Part shown: piece by piece, positions 39,729-49,143 of the stretch
Layout: every line of letters begins with the position of its first letter
Numbering within the stretch: position 1 is the stretch's first letter
NCBI GenBank assembly: GCA_944377825.1
Contig: CALWGA010000050.1
Location: forward strand, 329-64,328
DNA length: 64,000 nt
Source of the DNA: an uncultured Clostridia bacterium
GTDB lineage: Bacteria > Bacillota > Clostridia > Christensenellales > UBA1242
Direction of reading: 5' to 3'
The notes under the pieces: model-generated
Seen by the model: only the letters and a program-made list of their open reading frames with translations
What the model was told of the DNA's origin: nothing
Database searches by the model: none
Translations under genes and position numbers: made by a program

Positions 39729-42083
39729 TTATCGATTTTTATTGCCTAAGGTCGTCAATAACTGCAGTTTGTTGTAAAATTTCGACTCTTCAAGCGGTTT
39801 CTTAACATTTTTGGCTTCAACGTGACTAAAGAAATCTCCCTCTTCCTTTTTAATAAATCCTAACTCCAAAAAGGTCAAATATGCCACATAGAAGGTGTCG
39901 AATGTCACCTTACCTTTTAGTTTTGCCTCGTAAAAGTCGACTGGCGAATAAAATTTCTGCCCACCGCGAGAGACAAGCGCTTTAAAGACCTTAGCAAAAC
40001 TTTCTCGCGACAAATTGACATTTCTAAACCTATTCTTATCCTCTTTAATTTCGGTTGGAAGATAAATCTCTGCATTTGTCACTTTCTTTATCTCGCTTAG
40101 ATAGCCACTGTCAAGCACAGGAGACAAAAAGACAATCTTCTCAAAATTCTTCGCCCACTCCACGCCACGTGGCGCCAAAAGCAAACTGTTGTAACCTATA
40201 ATGTTTTGGTCATATATGCCCATATGGAAGATATTTTCCTTCGAGTAATTTCGCGAAAAGGCGACATATTCATAGGCGTCAAAAGTGACAAACGCCGTAC
40301 CATACACACTCTTTTCCGTGCCTGCCACAAAGTTCAAAAGTTCGTTCGGCGGATAATAGGCAAAATCCAAACTTTCGACATTGTCATAACAGAGTTCTTC
40401 AAACTGCACAGGATAAGTGTAGGTGTTGGCATTCTCGATTATGAAACCGCCTGCGTCGAAATAGGAAACATTTCCGCTTTTACCCTGCCCTTGAAATTCA
40501 AATATGAAAGACTTGTATCTTGAGAAGAAAAGAGCGTTAAAATTCTTTGCAAAATTGAAATAGACAAGTTGCAAATCGCCGATTTTAATGTTGCAATGTT
40601 GTGGACAATACTTCATCGGCAAAAGTTCAATCTTCTCAGTATTTGTTCTAAATTTTGGCTTTGGATTTCCGCATCCATATGGCTCTAAAAGTTTAAGTTC
40701 GCTTAAAAACCTATCGTCAATCTCTTCAAGTTTGATGTCGAGGTCGTAATATTTGATTGGAATAAACACATCGTCGTTGATATTTTGAAAGACGAAAGCG
40801 TTGACGCGTTTAGAAAACTCCTCATAGTTCTCTCTTTTAAGTGTGAGTCCTGCCGCCATGGTGTGACCGCCAAAGGTCTCTAAAATATCCGACATGGAAG
40901 AGAGCAGTTCGTGGATGTTGATGTCGTCAATACTTCGCCCTGAGCCATGCAAAACATCGCCCACTTGCGAGAACAAAAAGACAGGTCGGTTATACTCTTC
41001 CACAAGCCTTGCACACGCAATTCCAAGCACGCCCTGGTCCCACTTCTTCGACGCCAAAGTGATGACGCGCGTCTTAGACAAATCCATCTTCTTTATCGCC
41101 TTTTCCGCATCTTCCATGATAATCGAAGAAAGTTCCTGACGCTTTTGATTATGCCGATTTATCCTTTGAAGATAGGTCTTAATCTCCACCATATCTTCGC
41201 TCATATAAAGTTTCAAACTATCTTCAGCCCTGCCCATTCTGCCAGCCGAATTGATTTTTGGCGCAATCTTAAAAGCAATGTCGCTTGCTGAAGGATTAGA
41301 TAACGAAACCTTGTTCTCTTTGAAAAGTTGTTTTAGTCCTATCGGCAGTTTGTCGAAGCATAGAAATCCACGCTTGACAATATTTCTATTCTCGCCCGTC
41401 AGCGAAACGATGTCGGCAATGGTGGCAATCGCAGCGATAGGCAAAAATTCCTCCGCCTTTTTCTGCCCGAGTAGCGCCTCTGAAATCTTATACGCCATGC
41501 CTGTTCCGCAAATCTCAGTAAAAGGATAGTCCTGCCCCTTGATTTTTGCGTTAAGCACCAAAGTCCCAGGCAAAATATCCGGAATTTCGTGGTGGTCTGT
41601 TATGATGATGTCTATCCCCTTTTGCTTGCAATACTCCACTTCGTCATGGCATGAAATACCGCAGTCGACCGTGATGATAAGGTCTGGACAAAACTTCTTC
41701 TCAATCTTGTCAATCACTTCGCGTGATAAACCATATCCGTCCTCGTAGCGGTTTGGTAAGTAAAAGGACGCATCAATTCCTAACCTTTTCAGCGTTTTCA
41801 GCATGATAGCCGTTGCACTGATACCGTCAACATCGTAATCGCCAAATATGAGAACCCTATCGCCTAATTCTTTTGCAAGTTTAATCCTTTCGCAAAGTTC
41901 CTTCATGCCTTTAATTAAGAACGGGTCCAAAAGTTTTCCAACTGATAGGTATTCCTCTATTTCCTCCTCACTTGCAAGCCCACGTGACAAAATCAAATAC
42001 ATCGTTGACGGTAAAACATTAAATTTTTCTGCATACTCCTTAACAAGAGCAGAATTTTGATTAAAAAACTTCTTAAATATCAT
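39729..42083 (-). CDS. recJ: Single-stranded-DNA-specific exonuclease RecJ
   Basis: 784 aa with DHH-family motifs IFGDYDVDGISATA, ITVDCGIS, IIITDHHE and a GGH motif (FGGHTMAAG). Confidence 0.9.
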   Translation of the reverse strand: MIFKKFFNQNSALVKEYAEKFNVLPSTMYLILSRGLASEEEIEEYLSVGKLLDPFLIKGMKELCERIKLAKELGDRVLIFGDYDVDGISATAIMLKTLKRLGIDASFYLPNRYEDGYGLSREVIDKIEKKFCPDLIITVDCGISCHDEVEYCKQKGIDIIITDHHEIPDILPGTLVLNAKIKGQDYPFTEICGTGMAYKISEALLGQKKAEEFLPIAAIATIADIVSLTGENRNIVKRGFLCFDKLPIGLKQLFKENKVSLSNPSASDIAFKIAPKINSAGRMGRAEDSLKLYMSEDMVEIKTYLQRINRHNQKRQELSSIIMEDAEKAIKKMDLSKTRVITLASKKWDQGVLGIACARLVEEYNRPVFLFSQVGDVLHGSGRSIDDINIHELLSSMSDILETFGGHTMAAGLTLKRENYEEFSKRVNAFVFQNINDDVFIPIKYYDLDIKLEEIDDRFLSELKLLEPYGCGNPKPKFRTNTEKIELLPMKYCPQHCNIKIGDLQLVYFNFAKNFNALFFSRYKSFIFEFQGQGKSGNVSYFDAGGFIIENANTYTYPVQFEELCYDNVESLDFAYYPPNELLNFVAGTEKSVYGTAFVTFDAYEYVAFSRNYSKENIFHMGIYDQNIIGYNSLLLAPRGVEWAKNFEKIVFLSPVLDSGYLSEIKKVTNAEIYLPTEIKEDKNRFRNVNLSRESFAKVFKALVSRGGQKFYSPVDFYEAKLKGKVTFDTFYVAYLTFLELGFIKKEEGDFFSHVEAKNVKKPLEESKFYNKLQLLTTLGNKNR

Positions 42084-42236
42084 TTTGTTTTACCTATTTT
42101 TCATTAATATTATATAAACTTTCCGCAAAATAATCAAGAGAAAATGCACATAAATATAAAAATAAATAAAAAATGCTTGCAAAAATCAAGCAAATATGTT
42201 AAACTTTAAGCGTTGCAACATATCACAAAAATCTTT

Positions 42237-42322
42237 GCTGGTGTGGCGGAATGGCAGACGCACGGGACTCAAAATCCCGCGAGGGCAACTTCATGTGGGT
42301 TCGACCCCCACCACCAGCACCA
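42237..42322 (+). tRNA. tRNA-Leu (anticodon CAA), type II with long variable arm, CCA encoded
   Basis: Acceptor GCTGGTG/CACCAGC, anticodon stem CGGGA/TCCCG with loop CTCAAAA, T-arm GTGGG-TTCGACC-CCCAC, then discriminator A plus CCA. A hairpin and T-run follow at about 42333-42385. Confidence 0.9.
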
Positions 42323-42456
42323 AACAAAGATAAAACGAACCTTGAAAGAGAACAATTCTCCCACTCAAAGTTCGTTTTATTTTTTAATAAAGATTGATAT
42401 GGAAATATAATATGTAGCGAATGTAATTTTTAACTTTTATTTATTAAATAAACAAA

Positions 42457-43579
42457 TTAAAAAAGTTTTTTATAATAATTTTTTACTTCATGATAACGTA
42501 AATTTTTGAAAAATATTTTGCCAGCAATAGTTGGGTTTAATTGTTTAACTTTACTTAAAGGAAAAGAAACGATTTCTCCATTGTTGGTGCATTGAGCCAT
42601 ATAAATAAAGAAAAGTGAATTTATTTTATATCCAGAAACTTTACTTTTCCTTCCTCGTTCTTTTCTCAAGGATAAATTATTTCTATTAATGGAAACAATA
42701 CCATCTTTAATAACGCCACCCTTTTCTTCAATAAATCTTTTTAAAGCATTTGGAGTCCAAACATAATAAGGGTTTCTTCCTGCAGGTCTTATTTCGCCAA
42801 CTATTTCTCCCCACATTGAAATCTGGTTTGCTGGCATCATAACTAAATATCCATCAGAATCCTCAGTGCAAACCACATCAGCATATTTCTTCGTATAGTT
42901 GTTTGTAACAGCAATATTTACACTTTCTACACTAAAATTGTTTTCATTACTCCCCATTTTTTCAAAAAAATTTAAACTTTTTTGCTCTTCTAGCATTTGT
43001 TTGAATTGTGGATACCTTTTTAAAAATTCGTCTGTTATAAGTATATTGCCATCTTCTTTGTATTTAGGCAAATCCGGCTCACTGGTTTTCGCCCCTGGTT
43101 CTTTAAATTCTATAGTATAAATATTTAGGTCTATAACTGTGATAAGAGCGCTATCTATTCCATTACAACCACCAGCCTGAATAAGCATTCTTGACTTATC
43201 GTCATTAGAATAGGCATATCTAGGATACAAACTATATGATTTTAATAAGTTTAATACATCCTCAGGTATAAAAGAATGATTTTCAAAACAATTAGTAAAA
43301 ATTTTTAAATTGAACATATTAGCAAAAGTTTGAGCATATACACACTCACTAAAAACTGCTGATTGGATATTATGACCACTTTCATAACTTTTCTCTATTT
43401 GATGAGCTAAAGCAGGGCAATTTCCCCTTATTTTTTCAAGATTTATATCTTGTTTTGAAGATGCAGTATCCCATAATTTTTTTTCTTTCTTTTTTATTGT
43501 AAATCACTTTTAATGGAGAATAACTATAAAATTCTCTCATTATTTCTTTTTGTAATTTTGTTAATGGTATAACACTCAT
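42457..43579 (-). pseudogene. Putative PD-(D/E)xK restriction endonuclease with reading frame split at an A-tract
   Basis: Frame A: ATG 43579 overlaps the methyltransferase stop as ATGA, giving MSVIPLTKLQKEIMREF..., with a stop at 43436-43438. Frame B is open from 43503 and continuous with ORF 42457..43317 (...LWDTASSKQDINLEKIRGNCPALAHQ...NMFNLKIF...). Both frames are open across A6 (43500-43505) and A8 (43487-43494). A candidate D...EFK nuclease motif is VIDLNIYTIEFKE. Confidence 0.5.
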
Positions 43580-45228
43580 ACATTTACCTCCAAAGCCATA
43601 TTAGAATGAACTACATCAAACACTTTTTCGCTAATATCTAACCCAAGAATATCTAAAATTTTTCTGTTGATTTTATCTCTGTATCTACTAGGAAATTTTA
43701 TATTCTCTTGAACTCCAACATTGTTTTTGGTTATTATAAAATTTGAAGAAATGTTAATCATCTCATTTGCTGTCTCTTTAAAAAATTTTTTATCTTCTGC
43801 TGTCAACATATCAAAAAATACTGGCAAACTTAACAATAATTTTTTCGGATAAGTTATTCCACCATCAAACAATCGCCAATACCAGTAAGCAAAAGACGAA
43901 TTTATTAAACAAAAAACAAAATAGAATACACTCTCATCTTCAAACCTTAAAACTATTTGTCCCCGTCTATTCATTACTCCTTTTGAAGCTGTTGTATAAT
44001 ATCTACAAGTGTTAGGCATCGACAAAATATATTGCCCATATTGACTAACATATTCACCTAATGTGCTTTTGCTTTTATTTTGCCACGCATCCCAAACCAC
44101 TTCAAGGTCTTTAAAGCATTTAAGATACATTTGGTGTTGTTTTGAAATTATTTGATATCTTTGACTTACAAATGATTCCAAAACATCACATTTCAATAAT
44201 ATTTTTCTTTCTATATTTTTAAATCTAATAAGCGGACTTATTTTAAATCCTTTAAAACCTTCCATATTTTCAACAACAGTAATTGATGCCCTCACAGAAT
44301 TTGCTGTATTTGTATTAAAAATACCTTGTTTTTTACCACAAAAAATATTGCCGGGAACATTGTCAAACGAAACGATAAATCCATTATAATCATTCATAAT
44401 TTCTCTTAACGGATAAAATTTACTGCCGCGTAAAAAACTATATGGTGATATTATCACCGAACTTTCACTTTGTTTTAAAATTTTTTCAATAAACATTGCA
44501 TATAATTCTTTCGTTTTGATTGCCGTTTTTGTCTTATCCCAATCTAAAGAAAGATACTTAACTGTTGAGTAAGGTGGATTAGATATAACTTTACAATTTG
44601 CTGGTAAAGATATGGAATTTGATAAAAAATCACAGTGCACAGCATTAATATAGTCAGACAGGTCTTTGCCATATTTTAATAATAAAATAGTTTTACATAT
44701 GCTTAGTGCCGTTTCATCTAAATCATATAAATAAAGCCTTCTATTTTTTATTATTTCAACAGCAGCATCTTGCCCAATAATTTCAAAAAAAGCTAAAATT
44801 AACTTACCTGTTCCACAAGCCACATCACAAATATTTTCGCCTTTTAAATCTTTAAACCAATTAGCCATCACATAGGCCACATCATCAGGAGTATAATATT
44901 GTCCGTTCACCTTTTTGTTGTTTTTATTCTCTAACGCCAAACCAATTTCGTATAGGTCAGCCAAATTTTGAATTTTTAAAAATTTATTTTTTGAGTTATA
45001 ATAGTTTAATAAATAATAATTTATATACTTCCATGTTTCGTTCAGTCCAATTTCTGCAATATCTTTCCTATATGCGTCTATGTTATAATTGTCAAATTTT
45101 TCAAAATAGAAATTTTCATTAATATTTATAGAGGATAAAAAATCTGAATACTCAGCCCGTTTTGTCATAGTGCTAAGTTCTGAAAATTTATATAAATTAA
45201 GTTGTGCTTCCGCAATAAACTCTTTCAT
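43576..45228 (-). CDS. N6-adenine DNA methyltransferase (gamma-class, Eco57I/TaqI-like)
   Basis: 550 aa. GQYYTPDDVAYVMANW, the AdoMet motif DVACGTGKL and the catalytic NPPY (VISNPPYS) occur in the order I then IV. The long C-terminal part is presumably the target-recognition domain. Confidence 0.85.
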   Translation of the reverse strand: MKEFIAEAQLNLYKFSELSTMTKRAEYSDFLSSININENFYFEKFDNYNIDAYRKDIAEIGLNETWKYINYYLLNYYNSKNKFLKIQNLADLYEIGLALENKNNKKVNGQYYTPDDVAYVMANWFKDLKGENICDVACGTGKLILAFFEIIGQDAAVEIIKNRRLYLYDLDETALSICKTILLLKYGKDLSDYINAVHCDFLSNSISLPANCKVISNPPYSTVKYLSLDWDKTKTAIKTKELYAMFIEKILKQSESSVIISPYSFLRGSKFYPLREIMNDYNGFIVSFDNVPGNIFCGKKQGIFNTNTANSVRASITVVENMEGFKGFKISPLIRFKNIERKILLKCDVLESFVSQRYQIISKQHQMYLKCFKDLEVVWDAWQNKSKSTLGEYVSQYGQYILSMPNTCRYYTTASKGVMNRRGQIVLRFEDESVFYFVFCLINSSFAYWYWRLFDGGITYPKKLLLSLPVFFDMLTAEDKKFFKETANEMINISSNFIITKNNVGVQENIKFPSRYRDKINRKILDILGLDISEKVFDVVHSNMALEVNV

Positions 45229-45383
45229 AAGTTAGTTCCTTTTTATTAATATTGAATATTATATCACATAAATTTTAAAATTGATACGCTTTTTATGTAA
45301 TTTTAACTAAAACATAGAACGTTTTATAAAACCTATTCACACACAACTCTTCCCTATTTGTCTTAAATACCTCTAACTTCCGT

Positions 45384-46031
45384 TCACTCTTTCTCTAACT
45401 TTTCTAGGTAATTTGCGACATCTAAAAAAGTGCCGTCAAATTTAGGTTCATCACTTTCAAGGAAAAACTTGTCAGGTCTATCCAGTCCTTTTTCTAGCAT
45501 TTTCTTAATCCTTTCGTCGTTTAGACAGGTTGGATTTGCGTGCTCTAAATTGAAATTATCTCGATAAATATACGCTTGAAGGTCGGCTTCCAACTTGTCG
45601 CACATATAAGCAAACTTTGCTTCTTTCGTTTCTCCGCTTTCAAATTCTTCAATCACTTTTAAAAATTTATCACTCTCGCTATCTTCAAACATTTTTTCAA
45701 CCGCAATTCTGCCCGCCTCTTTCTTAGTTTTCGCGCCTTCATAGTCGAACATCGTGATATCGCCGATTAAAATTTCTTCGGTCTCATGAAGAGCAAGCAT
45801 CAGCGCCACCTTTTCAATATCTAAATCTTCATACTCGTCGCTATGGGCATAGATAGACACTGCCAACATAAGCGTGCCGAACACATGTTCTGCAACACTT
45901 TCCAGCCTCACATCGCCCTCAACCGCCCAATACTTCCAGCCAGTTCTTATAACATTTTTCAGTTTGTTTGAAAGCATATAAAATTTCAAAATTTTTTCGC
46001 ATTTTTCATTGTTATTATTAGAATTTTTCAT
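45384..46031 (-). CDS. HD-superfamily phosphohydrolase (YfbR-like 5'-nucleotidase family)
   Basis: RTGWKYW...RLESVAEHVFGT...LALHETEEILIGDIT fits the HD_3 pattern, with HE in place of HD. Confidence 0.6.
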   Translation of the reverse strand: MKNSNNNNEKCEKILKFYMLSNKLKNVIRTGWKYWAVEGDVRLESVAEHVFGTLMLAVSIYAHSDEYEDLDIEKVALMLALHETEEILIGDITMFDYEGAKTKKEAGRIAVEKMFEDSESDKFLKVIEEFESGETKEAKFAYMCDKLEADLQAYIYRDNFNLEHANPTCLNDERIKKMLEKGLDRPDKFFLESDEPKFDGTFLDVANYLEKLEKE

Positions 46032-46107
46032 ATTTACTCCTAAGGTTTGTTTTCAATTTTCCATAAAAATATCTATAAAAGTTTATCATAAAAGTTTTAA
46101 AAAACGC

Positions 46108-46665
46108 TTATTTAAGTCTTAAAAGGCAAAAAGTTGTTTTGCTGATTCTATCCGCAATGTTTTTCGAAACCAAAAACAAATTGTTTTCTTTTCCTGCCTT
46201 TTCACTGCAAATAACACCAGTTGTCTTATTTAATATTCCGTTTTTTAAATCTTCCGCCGCTTTTGCCGTGTCATCATATTTTTGCAACTTACAATTTGGA
46301 TAATTTAATTTTAAATATTTTTCGCACTGTTTTAATGCTTGCGTGTGAGAAGCGATTGCTTCTAAATTTTCAAACGACTTTTCGTCAAATGCAAAAAGAC
46401 AGTGATTGATTTCCATTTCCACCATATCCACAATTTTAAACAAATTCGACTTTAAAATATCCTCACTTTCTTTCACAAGCCCTGCAATGTTATTTTTTAA
46501 TGCAACAACTCCAAAATCAATTTCTTTGTTTATTAACACCTTTGCAACATTTTCTGAGGTTGTTAGCGGAATTTTTTTTGCACCAGCAAAATCTAGCATT
46601 TCAATAAACTTATCGGTGGCGAAATCATTATAACTATTTTTTATTCCCTGAAATCCAATAATCAT
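46108..46665 (-). CDS. pheA: Prephenate dehydratase catalytic (PDT) domain protein, no ACT domain
   Basis: 185 aa. Starts IIGFQGIKNSYND..., ends ...SKTTFCLLRL (NxTRF-like), which fits the PDT domain layout. Confidence 0.55.
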   Translation of the reverse strand: MIIGFQGIKNSYNDFATDKFIEMLDFAGAKKIPLTTSENVAKVLINKEIDFGVVALKNNIAGLVKESEDILKSNLFKIVDMVEMEINHCLFAFDEKSFENLEAIASHTQALKQCEKYLKLNYPNCKLQKYDDTAKAAEDLKNGILNKTTGVICSEKAGKENNLFLVSKNIADRISKTTFCLLRLK

Positions 46666-46685
46666 TTTACCCTGCCATTAACATA

Positions 46686-47669
46686 TTATTCGCTCTTTGC
46701 AACTAGATTGTAGTAGATGTCGCTCTCGGAAATTTCTTGATAGTCATTCAAAATGTAGTTGTCGATAAGCACATACGAATTTTGCAGGCGTTCATATGTC
46801 CACACCTCGCCTTTCAGCGGTTCGCCATTATCGTCAAGCATAATATTTCCATTTTCGTCCAAAACATTGTCGTAAATCACATTTCCGTCAGCGTCAACAA
46901 TGAAGCCGTCTTGGTCTATTTGATTATAGAGCGCGCTGTCAAGAGCAAACATAAGTTGAATTTTGTTGGCGAGCGCAAAGTCAATGTTGTTTATCACAAA
47001 CTCGCGCCCATTATGCGTGACAATCTTCGCTGAAACATAGTCGCGGTCAGTCACATCAACATGATTAACTCCAAGTTCAATTTCCTTTACAAACCCCTTT
47101 TGCTCTTCAAGCGTTCGGTTGTTTGTCAGAAAGGCGTTGTAAATGTCAAACACTCCGCCTTGCTCCACATTCAAAAAATCGCCCACTTCAATATTTTCAT
47201 TTAAAATATTCAAATTTTTAAGTTCAATCGCATTTCCTTTATTTGAAATGTAACTCTCGCCGTTCGCCAAACTTTCCTTTCGAAGAACCCTTAAATCGTC
47301 GTCCAATATTAACACATCACTGCCATTTTGATATGCGAAAACTTCTTCTCGCTCCGCCACATGAATGACATAACGATTCGGAAAGATTGTTTCGATATTG
47401 ACAACCTCTAAGTATGCAAAATTTTCGTTCTCCTGCACCTTTTCAGTGAGCCGATTTATGTATTTCCCCTTGCCGTCAAAAAGCACGCAAGCGCCATAGG
47501 AAAAATCTCCTGCTTCCACGATCTCTGTTTCGGTCAAGGTCAAATTTTTCGTCGTCGTGTGGAACTTGACCGTGACCGACGATAAAGCAAACAGCGTCCA
47601 AAACAAAATTAGAACAACCGCCACCACGCCTAAGCACACAGACAAAATTATGATTGCTTTTTTACTCAA
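46686..47669 (-). CDS. FtsQ/DivIB-like cell-division protein
   Basis: TTG start with an AAGGGGA RBS, a single N-terminal TM helix (IIILSVCLGVVAVVLILFWTLFAL), then a POTRA-like region. It lies downstream of ddl, as in dcw clusters. Confidence 0.55.
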   Translation of the reverse strand: MSKKAIIILSVCLGVVAVVLILFWTLFALSSVTVKFHTTTKNLTLTETEIVEAGDFSYGACVLFDGKGKYINRLTEKVQENENFAYLEVVNIETIFPNRYVIHVAEREEVFAYQNGSDVLILDDDLRVLRKESLANGESYISNKGNAIELKNLNILNENIEVGDFLNVEQGGVFDIYNAFLTNNRTLEEQKGFVKEIELGVNHVDVTDRDYVSAKIVTHNGREFVINNIDFALANKIQLMFALDSALYNQIDQDGFIVDADGNVIYDNVLDENGNIMLDDNGEPLKGEVWTYERLQNSYVLIDNYILNDYQEISESDIYYNLVAKSE

Positions 47670-47897
47670 ATTATCCCCTTAAAATCTGAAAACGCCTACA
47701 ATTTTAATCATCAAAATTGCAAAAATGCATTTTCTAACTATATTTTAATAAAAATCAACAAAAAATCATAATGATTTTAATAAATTTATAAAAAAACAAG
47801 CGTTATCCGCCTGCTTCATAAACAATAATAAATATTATTATATCAATAAACACTTTAAATTTTAACTTTTATAAATAATTAGTATAATCACATTCTT

Positions 47898-49013
47898 CTA
47901 TTTCTTTACCATCTCCAAATTCAACTTTTCAAAAACGGCAAGCGCCTCGCTGTCGTATGCCGACACAAACTGCTCTCTCACGCGCCTAAGTTTGCCCTCT
48001 TCAATTAGGCAATTTATTAGGTCTTTAAATTTTAAATCTTTAAATAGATAAAAGGCAAGCGAACCAGGAATATTATTTAGTTCGTTGACATAGAGTTTTT
48101 GATTTTTCTTATCATAGATAAAGTCAATTCGCACAACACCAAAGCAATTAAATATCTCATAAACCTTATATGTAAGCATTTTTACCTGTTTTTTTAAGTT
48201 TTTATCAATTTTTTCATTATTTTTTTCGTGATTTTTTAAATATTTTTCTTCAAAGGAAAAAATTTGCGATGTCTTTTCCACCTTTTGCACTTCAGAAACA
48301 AGTGGCTCATTGTTCATATACACACATGCACAATTATACTCATCAATCTCTGAAAGGTATTTTTCCAGCAAAATTCGATTGTCAAATTTAGCACAAAATT
48401 CTACCGCCTTTTCTAAATCTTCTACACTCTCGCAAACACGAATGCCGATGGAACTACCAAGTCTAGCCGGTTTTAAAATCAGCGGAAAACCTATCTCTTT
48501 TGCAATATCTTTTTTAACCCTAGCCTTATTTTTTAAGTAATCGTTATAGATAAGCGGATAACTTTTCACCGACGGAATATTCCTAGACGCAAAAATGTCT
48601 TTCATAAAAATTTTATCCATGCACAGCGCACTTGAAATGCTGTTGGAACTTGAGTATGGAATATGACAACTGTCTAGTATGCCCTGAAGTCCTCCGTCCT
48701 CGCCAAACTTGCCGTGCGTGCAGAGAAGAGCAAAATCGACCGGCAAAAATTTGCTATACTTTCCATTTTTCTTCACTGCCAAATATGATTTACCAGTTAC
48801 AAACGTGACATCCTTAACACCTTTTGCCAGCCTATCAAAATTTGAATAAATTTTAACATCCTTTAAATTTTCCGCGATATGCATAACTCCATTTCGACCG
48901 ATATACACAGGAATTAAATCTGGACACACTCTTAAAACCTGCATGGCGGTAATAATTGAAATATCATGCTCCACGCTTTCGCCACCATAAAAAACATACA
49001 TATTATTTTTCAT
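47898..49013 (-). CDS. ddl: D-alanine--D-alanine ligase
   Basis: 371 aa. FYGGESVEHDISIITA, HGKFGEDGGLQGILD, an ATP-grasp core and ELNNIPGS. Confidence 0.9.
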   Translation of the reverse strand: MKNNMYVFYGGESVEHDISIITAMQVLRVCPDLIPVYIGRNGVMHIAENLKDVKIYSNFDRLAKGVKDVTFVTGKSYLAVKKNGKYSKFLPVDFALLCTHGKFGEDGGLQGILDSCHIPYSSSNSISSALCMDKIFMKDIFASRNIPSVKSYPLIYNDYLKNKARVKKDIAKEIGFPLILKPARLGSSIGIRVCESVEDLEKAVEFCAKFDNRILLEKYLSEIDEYNCACVYMNNEPLVSEVQKVEKTSQIFSFEEKYLKNHEKNNEKIDKNLKKQVKMLTYKVYEIFNCFGVVRIDFIYDKKNQKLYVNELNNIPGSLAFYLFKDLKFKDLINCLIEEGKLRRVREQFVSAYDSEALAVFEKLNLEMVKK

Positions 49014-49143
49014 AAATACCTCTTATATTTTTATGAAAATTATAAAAAATAGGTTAAAAAATACTAAAAAATTGATTTTTTTCTATATTTTTTCGAAAAA
49101 TTTGAATTTTAATTGTAATTTTCGAATCTTTCTCATAATTCTA

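Noticed and set aside
42213-42410. ORF 42213..42410 (+), 65 aa.
   Set aside because: It overlaps the tRNA-Leu gene and its terminator, so it is spurious.
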